A stretch of DNA of 63,988 nucleotides, filler included, from an uncultured Methanoregulaceae archaeon (GTDB lineage Archaea; Halobacteriota; Methanomicrobia; Methanomicrobiales; Methanospirillaceae), in NCBI GenBank assembly GCA_964530035.1. It is 10 parts of 10 records of this genome, joined end to end, with 100 filler letters (N's around TTAATTAATTAA, not from the genome) between each part and the next. Parts side by side here need not be neighbours in the genome. Positions count along the whole stretch, not along the records: positions 1 to 6,623 come from CAZGXZ010000149.1; positions 6,724 to 13,344 come from CAZGXZ010000150.1; 8 more parts are not named here. One strand, given 5' to 3'. The notes beneath the pieces were generated by a model. The model was not told the DNA's origin and did no database searches. It saw only the letters and a list, made by a program, of their open reading frames with translations. Each line of letters opens with the position of its first letter. The first letter of the stretch is position 1. The translations under genes were made by a program, and so were the position numbers. Positions 1-9,764 of this stretch are shown one piece after another.

Positions 1-421
1 CAACGCAGGTCGGGCCATAGAAACCGGCGTACCGCCGTGCCGACTCCCTGCCGATCAGCGCCCCGGCCTTCCCGACCGCGTCGATGAACGCGTCGATGCT
101 CTTCCTGAACGCCGGGTCCTCGTCGTAGAGCATCTCCATGATGACCGGGGTCTGGTAGTGCTCGACGAACGGGTCGTCCTCGGGACGGATGGTGGTCGCA
201 AGGCCCTTCAGGATATCGTAGTGGGCCCTGACCGAGTCGGTATGGAGGCCGAAGACCGCCCTGCTCTGGTTCCCGGCAGGCTTCATGTCCCTGACCGCGT
301 CCACGTACGCCTTCGTGTCATCGATGACAAACGCCTGGCCGCGTTTCTTCTTCACCTGGGCAACGTCAGCGTGCTGGGCTGCCATTGCCTCCCTGATCAT
401 CTTCGTGATGACTTCCTGCAT
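1..421 (-). CDS. DUF2193-family conserved archaeal protein (5' part; runs off window start)
   Basis: Not in the ORF track; I translated it from ATG 421 behind a GAGGAG RBS: MQEVITKMIREAMAAQHADV...RPEDDPFVEHYQTP...GFYGPTCV. I recognise these motifs as DUF2193. Confidence 0.8.
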   Translation of the reverse strand, partial: MQEVITKMIREAMAAQHADVAQVKKKRGQAFVIDDTKAYVDAVRDMKPAGNQSRAVFGLHTDSVRAHYDILKGLATTIRPEDDPFVEHYQTPVIMEMLYDEDPAFRKSIDAFIDAVGKAGALIGRESARRYAGFYGPTCV

Positions 422-672
422 GTCTCCTCGTCTCCTGGCACCGCCTGTAAAAGGGGTGCTGTAAGGCAAGCATTGGGAGCTGTGCTTTAATACGTTCATG
501 CATCGTGCCACTATGGACCCGGGAGGACCAACGCATGACCTGCCGGCGGTTGGGCCTGGAGAGGCATGTGGGGGGATGGTTTCCCTCGTTGGTCCCGGTG
601 ATCCGGCTGTATACCGGAACGCTCAAGCCGGTTTCGTCCTCATCGTACTCACACTCCCGGGAGAGGAGTCCC

Positions 673-972
673 ATGTCCTATATTGCTGATTTCCTCCTGT
701 TCCGGACCTTCATCACGCCGAAGGTCCTCGCGGTACTGTACCTGGCCGGGGTCGTCGTCCTCGTTGCCGTGTCCCTCTTCATGATGACGTACGAGCCACC
801 GAAGGCAGGTTTGTCTGCAATCGTCACACCAATATACGACCCGTTCCGGCCGTTCGTGTTCTATGGCGGGCTCATCCTCATCACCCTTGGAAACGTGACC
901 TGGAGGCTCGTCTGCGAAAACTTCGCCGTCCAGTACACCGTGCTCTCGGAGGTCAGGGGACGGAAGGTGTAG
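673..972 (+). CDS. Small membrane protein, DUF4282-like
   Basis: GAGGAG RBS before ATG 673; FLLFRTFITPKVLAVLYLAG N-terminus and two hydrophobic helices. Confidence 0.7.
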   Translation: MSYIADFLLFRTFITPKVLAVLYLAGVVVLVAVSLFMMTYEPPKAGLSAIVTPIYDPFRPFVFYGGLILITLGNVTWRLVCENFAVQYTVLSEVRGRKV

Positions 973-1486
973 GAAAAAGCCCCGCCTCTTCATTACCTGT
1001 TTTCCCTGCCATGGTGTCCGGACCGGTGGTCCTGTCCGGCGCCTGCCGTTGCGGCGGTCCCGGGTGAATACTTCAGGACGGGCACCAGGTGATCACCTCT
1101 CAGTGGAGGGGACATTCCGGTCATCCCTCTTGCTTTTATTGAAACACCCATGAACGGGAGTTCACACCCGAACCATGAAAATCTCCATCCTAAATCTCCT
1201 TATTATGAGGTCTTTTTAGCGTTTTCATATCAAAATCCCGGGACTCTCTCTTCCATGAATAAAACCCTGACCCGTGTCATCTCTGCGTCCTCCTGTTTTT
1301 TCCCGGTGCTTCCCCTGTAGGAGACTGCTCACGAGGAGATAGCTACCCCTTGGGGTTTTCCCGGGCGGGGTACTTTTCAGGCCCCTTTATCCCCTTGAAA
1401 CCACCAATGGTACACGTAAATACACGGGAAACGAAAACCGGGGGTGCCCCGGTCCCGTTCCCCCGTGACCTCCCCGGCATGATACC

Positions 1487-2722
1487 ATGAGAGTCCTCCA
1501 CACCTCGGACTGGCACCTCGGAGCATCGCTGCATGGAAAAAGGCGGTACGAGGAGGCTGCAAAGTTCCTCGAGTGGCTCGTGGACACGGTCCGTGAGCAA
1601 GGGGTCGATCTCCTCATCGTATCAGGCGACGTCTTCGATTCCTCGGCGCCGGGTGCACGGGCCCAGGAGATGTACTACCAGTTCCTCGGGACGATGGCGC
1701 ATTCGCGGTGCCGCTCGGTCGTGGTCGTTGCCGGGAACCACGACTCGCCGTCCTTTATCGCAGCGCCGCGGGACGTCCTCCGTTTTCTCGACATCCACGT
1801 CGTCGGTGATGCATCAGGTCCGCTCCGGGACCTCGTCATACCGGTTTCCGGAGGTGACGGGGACCCGGGCGTCATCGTCTGCGCCGTTCCCTTCCTCCGC
1901 GAAAAGGACCTCCTGCCGCTTCACCCCGAGGAGTCCCGCGAGTCCAGGGCCACGCTTCTTGCGAGAGGGATACGGGAGTACTACTCTGGGATTGCCGCCA
2001 TAGCGGGCGGAATGCGGGATGAACGGGGTGGGGGCGTCCCGGTCATCGCAACCGGTCACCTGTTTGCCGCCGGCTGCGAAACACGGACTGGGGATGGCGT
2101 CAGGGAATGCTACATCGGGGACAGCGTGAAGGTAGGGACGGACGTATTTTCTCCAGTCTTCAGCTACGTCGCTCTCGGCCACCTCCACGTCCCGCAGGTC
2201 GTCGCCGGAAACAGGGCCGTCAGGTATTCGGGGTCGCCGATACCGATCGGTTTCTCGGAGATCGACCAGCAGAAGACCGTGGTCATCATCGACACCGTGA
2301 CGCCTGACGGAGTCACCGTGACCGACCACCCGGTCCCGCGGTTCCAGCGGTTTGCGTCCCTGAAAGGCAGCAGGACGGAGGTGGAGCGGCAGGTGAGGGA
2401 GCTTGCCCGGGAAGGCGTCCCGGTCTTCGCCGAGGTCACCGTGGACAGCATGGAACCCCCCCCGGCCCTCCAGAACTGGTTGTCAGGGCTGGTTAGGGGG
2501 ACCGGTATCGAGTGCCTGAAACTCACGAACGTCCGGGTGTCTGACACCTCCATTATCCAGGGCGGCGACGGCGTTTCCCTCCAGGACCTCACGGAAAAGG
2601 AGGTCTTCAGGCGGCGGCTCGACGAGGAGGCCCTCCCTTCTGGCGAGCGTGACCGCCTCATGGAGGCATTCGGGGAGATCCTGGTCAGGTACCACCAAAG
2701 GGACCTGCAGGCGGGTGAGTGA
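1487..2722 (+). CDS. sbcD: Exonuclease SbcCD subunit D (bacterial-type Mre11-family phosphoesterase)
   Basis: HTSDWHLG, SGDVFD, GNHDS, GHLF, ALGHLH, RYSGSP motifs; abuts sbcC. Confidence 0.95.
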   Translation: MRVLHTSDWHLGASLHGKRRYEEAAKFLEWLVDTVREQGVDLLIVSGDVFDSSAPGARAQEMYYQFLGTMAHSRCRSVVVVAGNHDSPSFIAAPRDVLRFLDIHVVGDASGPLRDLVIPVSGGDGDPGVIVCAVPFLREKDLLPLHPEESRESRATLLARGIREYYSGIAAIAGGMRDERGGGVPVIATGHLFAAGCETRTGDGVRECYIGDSVKVGTDVFSPVFSYVALGHLHVPQVVAGNRAVRYSGSPIPIGFSEIDQQKTVVIIDTVTPDGVTVTDHPVPRFQRFASLKGSRTEVERQVRELAREGVPVFAEVTVDSMEPPPALQNWLSGLVRGTGIECLKLTNVRVSDTSIIQGGDGVSLQDLTEKEVFRRRLDEEALPSGERDRLMEAFGEILVRYHQRDLQAGE

Positions 2723-5700
2723 GTGAGGATCCGCAGCCTCCGGTTCAAAAACATCAACTCGCTCGTTGGAGAATGGGAGATCGACCTCCTCGACCCCGCT
2801 TTCACCGAAAGCGGTTTTTTTGCCATAACCGGCCCCACGGGGGCGGGAAAGTCCACGGTCCTCGACGCGGTCTGCCTGGCCCTCTACGGGAGGACACCCC
2901 GTCTTGCGAAAGTCTCCCAGGCCCAGAACGATGTCATGTCGACGGACACGGGGGAGTGCTTCGCCGAGGTCGTCTTCAGCACGGAACACGGGGTTTTCAA
3001 GAGCACCTGGTACCAGAAACGGGCGCACCGGAAGCCTGGCGGCACGCTCCAGGCGCCTGAGAGGAAGCTCTCGGATGCGACCACGGGAAAGGTCATCGAA
3101 ACGCGGGTCAGAGACCTCGAAGCCCTCGTCGAAGAATACACCGGCATGGACTTCGGACGGTTCACCCGCACCATGTTCCTCGCCCAGGGTGGTTTTGCCG
3201 CGTTCCTTGACGCCCCGGTCTCCGAACGGTCAGCGGTCCTCGAGGAGATCACCGGGACGCAGGTCTACTCCGGGTTGTCGGTTATGGTCTTTGAGAGGTG
3301 CAAGGAGGAGGAAGCACGGCTCAAGGAACTGCAGCGTACCCATGACGACCTCCGTCTCATGACCCCTCAGGAGGAGGAAGCGGCAAAAATCAGGCTCGAA
3401 GAGGTGAAGGACCGCGTCAGGACGCTCGAAGAGCAAGTACAGGCGACCATGTCAGGACTCGCCTGGCTTGACACCTGCGACAGGCTCACCCGGGAACATG
3501 CGGCCCTCCTGGAAGAGCTGGCTGTTGCGAACCGTGCCCTCCTGGACTTCTCGGTCGATAAGGTGCGCCTGGACCGTGCGGATCAGGCCCGTGGAGCGGA
3601 AGCGGCATACCTGGACATCCGTCGCCGGAGGGAGGAACGGGAACAGCTCCATGAACGGTGGGAGGAGGAGCGGGGGCAGCTGGCAGCCCTTGAAGAGGAG
3701 GCAGCAAAATCCCGCACAAGTGAGGAATCAGCCAGGGAAGCCTTTTCAGAGGCTGAAAAAAACCGCGATGCCGACTCGGGTCCTGCGAGAGAGGCACGGG
3801 ACCTCGACACCCTGATCACGGCAAAGGAGGCGGAAATTTCAGGCTTCACGCATGCCCTCGGGGCCAGGGATGCGGAGATCACCGAAATACTCAGGGAAAC
3901 CGGTGATCTGGAGACGGAACGCCGGAAGTTCCTCGGACAGGCCGCCGGGGCGGATCACTACCTTTCTGACAACACCGGGGACTCCCTGCTGTCAGAAGAA
4001 TTGAGCGGTATAACTCACCGCTGCAAAGAGTACCAGGAAGAGGCGGCGAAGAGTTCCAGGGCCGTGAAGGAGCACGCGGAGGCGGCAATGAAGGTGGCCG
4101 AAGAGAAAGACGCCCTTTTCCTGCTCGAGCAGGAGGTCTCCCGGAAGGAGCAGAAACAGGAGTCCCTTGCCCGGGAGTTGTCTGGCCGCGAACAGGCTTT
4201 AAAAGACCTCCTCGGAGGAAGGGAGGTAAGGGAAGTCCGAGAAACGCACGCCGCCCTTGCAGTAAGGGAACCGGTGCTGGCAGGCCTGGTGAAAGACGCC
4301 CGGGCGCTTGCCGAAAAACGTAAGAAGCAGGAGAAAGCCGCTTCCTCGCTCGATGAGAAGAAAAAGGCGGTGCTTGTGGCTGCAAAGGACCTCGAAGCGG
4401 CGACCGCGAGAGTGGCGCTGCTCACTGGACACCTTGAACGCCTCCAGGCGGCCGTCCAAGAGGCAGAGGCAGCGTTGTCTGCGGCAGGCCTCAGGAACCG
4501 CCTTCAGGACGGCGTCCCCTGCCCGGTCTGCGGCTCCCCGGACCACCCGTACGCCGGGGGGAACGTCCCGGAGCTTGGACCAGTACGGGAAGAAGCCGGG
4601 AAGGTGTCCCGAGACCTTGACCTGGCCAGGGAAGAGGTCACCCGGCTGACCGGGCTATCCGAAAGTCTCGAATCGGATCTCCGGCACCTCGCCGGACAGG
4701 CAGAGTCACTAGGGGAGGAGCGGGAACGGGACTTCAGTGCATGGCAGGAGGCTGCCACGGGACTCGGCATCGGCGTTGGAGGGGATGACCCGGTAACAGC
4801 CGCGACCGCCGCCCTGAAGGAATGCAGGACAGGGATGAAGGCCGCCACGTTCCTGAAGGACCGCATGGAGTCCCTCCTCGAGGAGACGGACAGGACAAGG
4901 ACCGAGCTTGCGGAGCATGGAACGGGATGCCAGGAATGCCAGGACGCCCTCAGGAATGCCCGGTCCAGGTTTGCCATGCTTGAAAAGGAGGAGAGACATG
5001 CGGCTGAATGGCTCTCCGTGCTTGTGACGGGTGCAGAAACCAGGCTTGCCGCCTTCCGGGCATCCGTGGCGAAATACGGCTCATTTGACGATACGCCCCC
5101 CGATGAGGTTGTCGGCCTGCTCCGGGACAGGAGGGAACAGTTCGAGCGTTTCCGGGAGACCCGCGACAGGGCTTTGAAGGAGGCCGAACGCCTGTCCGGG
5201 GAGATCGGCAGGAAAATGGCGATAAAGGAAGAGAAAGAGGCCTCCTGCAGGGAACTTCGCGAAAAGGCACTCGCTGCTGGCAGGGAGTGCACCTGCCTCC
5301 GCGAGAAACGCATGGCGGTCTACGGGGACAGGGACCCTGTCATGGAACAGGACCGGCTTGCAGAGGCTGTCGAAGAGCTTGGCAGGCAATTAACGGTCGC
5401 CAGCGAGGAACGGATCAGGCAGGAACGTGACCTTGGTGGTCTGAAAGCCCGGCTCGGCGTGTACGAACGGGACGACCGGGATATGGCCGCCGGAATCGGG
5501 TTGTCCTATCGCGAGTTCAATGCAAGACTATTAGAAACGGGGTTTGCATCAGAGGATGAGCTTGCCGCAGCCATCCTCCCCGCGGACGAGCGGAGGGCGC
5601 TCGAAGAACGGAAGAACGGGCTCTATGAACGCCTGGCTGCTGCAAGGGCCCGGGCGGAGTCAAAAGAGCATGAAATCGCACAGCACCGGGAGACCGGGCA

Positions 5701-6391
5701 GGTCAGTGTGCCGAGGGAGGGCCTCCTCGAGCGCCTTGGGGAGGAACGGGAACTTCTGAAAGTGGCGGAAAGGGAGGTATATGACCTTGAGTCCGGGCTC
5801 AGTGAGGACCTCGGCCGAAGGGAAGAGGCCCTGGCCATCGGTGAGCGTCTCCGTGCACAGGAAGAAACGGTGCAGACATGGAGGAAGCTCGACGCCCTGA
5901 TCGGTTCCTCTGACGGGAAAAAGTTCCGGTCCTTTGCGCAGGGCCTGACCCTCGGTGTCCTCCTCGACTGTGCGAACGCCCACCTGCAGCGTCTCACTGA
6001 CCGGTACCGCCTTACCCGGCAGAAGTCATCACCCTTCGAGATCCATGTCGCCGACACCTACCGGGCGGGCGAGGTCCGCCCGACGAAGAACCTCTCCGGC
6101 GGAGAGACCTTCATCGTGAGCCTGGCGCTCGCCCTCGGGCTCTCCGAGATGGCGGGAAAAAACGTCCGGGTCGATTCCCTCTTCCTTGACGAAGGCTTCG
6201 GGACACTCGACGAGGAAGCGCTCGACACCGCCCTGTCGGCGCTGGGAACTCTCAGGCAGGAGGGCAAGCTGATCGGCGTCATCTCCCATGTCCAGGCGGT
6301 CAAGGACCGGGTGCCGGTCCAGGTCCAGGTCGAGAAGCTTCCCGGCGGGAGGAGCCGGCTCTCCGGTCCCGGCTGCCGGTCCCGGGGATAG
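2723..6391 (+). CDS. sbcC: Exonuclease SbcCD subunit C (SMC-like ATPase)
   Basis: Walker A GPTGAGKST, long coiled coils, central zinc hook CPVCG, LSGGE signature, FLDEGFGTLD Walker B/D-loop. Confidence 0.95.
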   Translation: MRIRSLRFKNINSLVGEWEIDLLDPAFTESGFFAITGPTGAGKSTVLDAVCLALYGRTPRLAKVSQAQNDVMSTDTGECFAEVVFSTEHGVFKSTWYQKRAHRKPGGTLQAPERKLSDATTGKVIETRVRDLEALVEEYTGMDFGRFTRTMFLAQGGFAAFLDAPVSERSAVLEEITGTQVYSGLSVMVFERCKEEEARLKELQRTHDDLRLMTPQEEEAAKIRLEEVKDRVRTLEEQVQATMSGLAWLDTCDRLTREHAALLEELAVANRALLDFSVDKVRLDRADQARGAEAAYLDIRRRREEREQLHERWEEERGQLAALEEEAAKSRTSEESAREAFSEAEKNRDADSGPAREARDLDTLITAKEAEISGFTHALGARDAEITEILRETGDLETERRKFLGQAAGADHYLSDNTGDSLLSEELSGITHRCKEYQEEAAKSSRAVKEHAEAAMKVAEEKDALFLLEQEVSRKEQKQESLARELSGREQALKDLLGGREVREVRETHAALAVREPVLAGLVKDARALAEKRKKQEKAASSLDEKKKAVLVAAKDLEAATARVALLTGHLERLQAAVQEAEAALSAAGLRNRLQDGVPCPVCGSPDHPYAGGNVPELGPVREEAGKVSRDLDLAREEVTRLTGLSESLESDLRHLAGQAESLGEERERDFSAWQEAATGLGIGVGGDDPVTAATAALKECRTGMKAATFLKDRMESLLEETDRTRTELAEHGTGCQECQDALRNARSRFAMLEKEERHAAEWLSVLVTGAETRLAAFRASVAKYGSFDDTPPDEVVGLLRDRREQFERFRETRDRALKEAERLSGEIGRKMAIKEEKEASCRELREKALAAGRECTCLREKRMAVYGDRDPVMEQDRLAEAVEELGRQLTVASEERIRQERDLGGLKARLGVYERDDRDMAAGIGLSYREFNARLLETGFASEDELAAAILPADERRALEERKNGLYERLAAARARAESKEHEIAQHRETGQVSVPREGLLERLGEERELLKVAEREVYDLESGLSEDLGRREEALAIGERLRAQEETVQTWRKLDALIGSSDGKKFRSFAQGLTLGVLLDCANAHLQRLTDRYRLTRQKSSPFEIHVADTYRAGEVRPTKNLSGGETFIVSLALALGLSEMAGKNVRVDSLFLDEGFGTLDEEALDTALSALGTLRQEGKLIGVISHVQAVKDRVPVQVQVEKLPGGRSRLSGPGCRSRG

Positions 6392-6414
6392 GCGGGCTGC
6401 TCGCCTATATTAAG

Positions 6415-6601
6415 GGCTCTGTTGAGATCCTTTGATTGGAATTGCAGCTGATGGAGGGCTCTCATAATCAGGTAAATAAAATTGAAGAGAGAGAAGATTT
6501 TCACGGAACTAAAAATCTCATTTTTTGAATAATTCTTCCTTGCCTGACATAATTAGCAGGTAATCTGTATGATTGAAGAAATGGGATCTGAAATTTTTCA
6601 G
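6415..6601 (+). repeat. Partial copy of dispersed intergenic repeat (modules A+B)
   Basis: 6415-6516 aligns with the reverse complement of 49841-49940; 6527-6601 aligns with the reverse complement of 50290-50364 (identical AAGAAATGGGATCTGAAATTTTTCAG). Confidence 0.8.
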
Positions 6602-6623
6602 GCGTTTTTGAATGCTTCCAGAC

Positions 6624-6723
6624 NNNNNNNNNNNNNNNNNNNNNNNNNNNNNNNNNNNNNNNNNNNNTTAATTAATTAANNNNNNNNNNNNNNNNNNNNN
6701 NNNNNNNNNNNNNNNNNNNNNNN
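6624..6723. other. Artificial contig linker (first of nine; others 13345-13444, 19990-20089, 26596-26695, 33157-33256, 39655-39754, 46060-46159, 52325-52424, 58428-58527)
   Basis: Identical 100-bp N-run/TTAATTAATTAA/N-run spacer with stops in all six frames; genes are cut at each spacer. Confidence 0.99.
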
Positions 6724-8659
6724 CGAGGGTTTTATTCACGCCCGCGAGGATGGCCCGGTACTCCCCCCTGTGGCGCGAGAGGTCCGCCCGGGTGGCGAGC
6801 CTGCCGGCGACGGCCGCCTCGGAAAGGGTGACGGCGTCCCGCGTCATCGCCTCTATCGCGTTCCGTGCCTGGTCGAGGCTCTGGTTGATCCTGACGAAGT
6901 TGTCGTGGGCCTCCCGGGTGTACTGGTCGGGGGCGGCGACATCGGACGTGAGCGCGAGGTCGCCCTGTGCAAGGCGTTCGAGGTTTTCTGCCACCTTGTC
7001 CACCTCGTTTTTCAGGTAGTCGGAGAGCCTCGCAATGGAAGTGATGTCCTGGACGACCTCGACATGCCCGACGTTCTCACCCTTCGCGTTCTTCACGTAG
7101 CTCGTGTCGACCCTGAAGTTGCCGCCAGACTGGTTGAAGAAGGTCGTGGTCTTTCCTTTGCGGAGGCAGGTGACGCCGCAGTCAGCCGTGTTGCATATCG
7201 CGGCGTTCCAGGAGCTGCAGTGCTTTCCCATGACCTCGGCACGGCTGGTGTCCAGGAACGCCTCAGTCGGACGGTTGATGAACGTCCACCGCATCTCGAG
7301 GTCGGTCACCGACACCGGGAACGGGATGGAATCGAGGATCGACTCGTACCACGCGGCCTTGTCCTCGGCATCGGCGATGAGTTTCAGCTCCTTCGTGATG
7401 TCGATGTAGACCGAGAGGACGGACTCGATCCCGCCCCCGGCGTCAAGGAGGGGGATGTTGAAGCGTTCGAGCGTGAATGTCCCGGACGGGAACCTGATGG
7501 TGATCCTCCCCTCGCTGCGCTTTTTCGAGCGTATCGTGGCATCGACGCCTTCACCGGTCTGTTCCAGGTAGACGAAGTCCCTGACGGTGAGCCTGGAGGC
7601 ATCGGCCTTTGAATACCCGGTGAGGTCAAGGAAGGCACGGTTCGTCCTCCTGATGGTCAGGTCTGAGTTCCAGAGGAGCATCGGGACGGGTGCCTCCTCG
7701 ATGATCTGCTCAGTCTGTTCCCGGAGCTGCTGCACCTCCTGCATCTTCAGCTTCTGTTCGGTCTGGTCGGTCCATATGTAGAAGGCCATCTCGATCTCGC
7801 CCTTGCCGTCAAGGACCGGGATGGCGTCGAGGCGGAGGTATTTCTGCACTCCGTCGGGCCACCTGACGAGGGTCTCGGTAAAAGAGCGTTTCCTGGTGGT
7901 GAAGCAGGCATAGAAGTCCTCGCCGTCGAGGACGGTGATGTCGAAGTCGTAGAGTTTCTTCTTCATCAGTTCGTCGTAGCCGCCCCTCCACATCCGCTCG
8001 TATTCCCGGTTGATATCGGTCCTGGACTTGTCACCGGCGAGGAGGGCGATGGCGAGCGGGTTTTCCTTGATCATCCTGTCGGCCCGGGCCTTCATCCGCT
8101 CGATGTCCTGCATGCGTGCGGTAAGCTCGGTGATGTCGTTGTAGACGACAAGGACCCGCTCAACCGTCCCGTCCTGGCCGATTACGGGGATGGAGTACCG
8201 TTCCATGACGAATGTCCCGGCGGGGAACTCCACCTCGGCGGTCCCTTTCACCCTGGTCTTCTGCCTGATGCTGTCCTGGACAGAGGGCCCCTGGACCTTC
8301 CTGATCTTCAGGTCTGAGAAGGTCATTGTCCTGAGCGTCTCTTCCCTGTAACCTGATACCTGGATGAATGCCTCGTTCCAGTCCACGACCTTCAGGTCAG
8401 GGCTGAGGAAGAGCATGGGGAACGGGTTCTCCCTGAGGGCACGGGTGGCGTTATACAGGTCATGCTCGCAGGCTGCCGTTTTTATCCCGGTTTCAGCCGC
8501 CTTTCCGGCCATGTCCTGCAGTATCCTGGTAAAAGCGTCAGCGTAGGGCTGGAGGTCGCCCGGGAGGTCATCCGCGGTAATCCTGACATCCTTCCTCCCC
8601 GAGAAGGCTTCGTTGAGGGCCTGCGTGAAGGGTGCCAGTTGTCCAACTTCGCTATCCAT
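6724..8659 (-). CDS. Cytoplasmic multi-PAS chemoreceptor (MCP-like), 3' truncated
   Basis: Four PAS repeats followed by HAMP-like segments (LERLAQGDL..., GEYRAILAGVNKTL); no TM helix; directly downstream of cheW. The signalling domain is cut off by the contig end. Confidence 0.8.
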
Positions 8660-8736
8660 GGCAACCAGTAGGTCGGCCAAGGGTTAAATAAATGCGGGAT
8701 GTGCCCTCCTGGAGAAAAAAGCGTATGGTGGATCGG

Positions 8737-9264
8737 TTACTGGATCACGACGCCCTGGTCGATGTCACTTAAGAGCTTCTTGACATCGATCCAGATCACG
8801 AGTTCAGTCGTGTCCTTGTCCTTGATCCGCACCTTCTTCTTGATGATCCCGATGATATGGCCGTCGTCCCGGTGCACCGACGCGGCGGTCTGGTCCACCT
8901 GGTCCATCGAGAAGGTCGAGACCGAGAGGACGTCGTCCACGGAGATCCCGATCTTCGACCGGGTGATGCGGTCGTCGAGGACGATGATCCTCGTGTCCTC
9001 CTCGTTCCGCGACTGCCCGTCCTGGATCTTGAGCCGGTCCTTCAAGTCGATGATGGTGGTGATCTCCCCGCGGAGGTCGATGATGCCCTTGATGTACGAC
9101 GGGGTGTTCGGGAGTTTCGTGATCCGCGTGTACTCGACGACCTCTTTCACGTCAAAGAGGTCGATGGCGAAGTGCTCCTTCCCGAGAAGGAACTCCACTA
9201 CCTGTACCGTATCTGCCATCCTGTTGTCCGCCTCCGGTGTAGTTAATTCCGCTTTATTTTCCAT
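8737..9264 (-). CDS. cheW: Chemotaxis coupling protein CheW
   Basis: VVEFLLGKEHFAIDLFDVKEV, LPNTPSYIKGIIDLRGEITTIIDL, GISVDDV; GGAGG RBS before ATG 9264. Confidence 0.95.
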   Translation of the reverse strand: MENKAELTTPEADNRMADTVQVVEFLLGKEHFAIDLFDVKEVVEYTRITKLPNTPSYIKGIIDLRGEITTIIDLKDRLKIQDGQSRNEEDTRIIVLDDRITRSKIGISVDDVLSVSTFSMDQVDQTAASVHRDDGHIIGIIKKKVRIKDKDTTELVIWIDVKKLLSDIDQGVVIQ

Positions 9265-9491
9265 GCTTATAATTCCTCCACATCGGGATATGGTCCGGGA
9301 CCGGCCTGGAGCAGGGACCATGTATATGGCCTGGCACCCTTTTATCGGGCGACATTGATGGTTGACATTGGCATACCCCACCACCATCATCAATATCCCC
9401 TCACTTACTGCTTGGCAAATCCATTTAATTCACCCTTCAGATGTTCCCGTAACCGGATTTAGTTCAAACTGGGATTATACCGGTTCCAGGG

Positions 9492-9728
9492 GTGTGTTAT
9501 ACCGTGTTGGATGCTCCGCCAACGACCATTCTCGTCGAGATCTATATTGAACCTGCTCACTGCACGAACTGCGGGACCTGCGTGGACCTCTGTTCCATGG
9601 GTGTCTTCGGGAGAAACGGTGGTTCAGCGATAACCACGCTGCGTCCCAATATCTGCGTCGCCTGCTTCAAGTGCAAGGATTTCTGCCCTGAGAACGCCAT
9701 CGAGCCCAGGTGGGTGGTACGGGCCTGA
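9492..9728 (+). CDS. 2x[4Fe-4S] ferredoxin (start uncertain)
   Basis: CTNCGTCVDLC and CVACFKCKDFCP motifs. Confidence 0.85.
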   Translation: MCYTVLDAPPTTILVEIYIEPAHCTNCGTCVDLCSMGVFGRNGGSAITTLRPNICVACFKCKDFCPENAIEPRWVVRA

Positions 9729-9764
9729 CCGGTGGCGGCAGCCGCCGGGAGACAAGAGGAGTCC

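Noticed and set aside
6668..6679. Recurring TTAATTAATTAA palindrome as a biological repeat or CRISPR-like array
   Set aside because: Always embedded in identical N-runs; it is an artificial six-frame-stop linker. ORF tails ending XXXLIN are artefacts.
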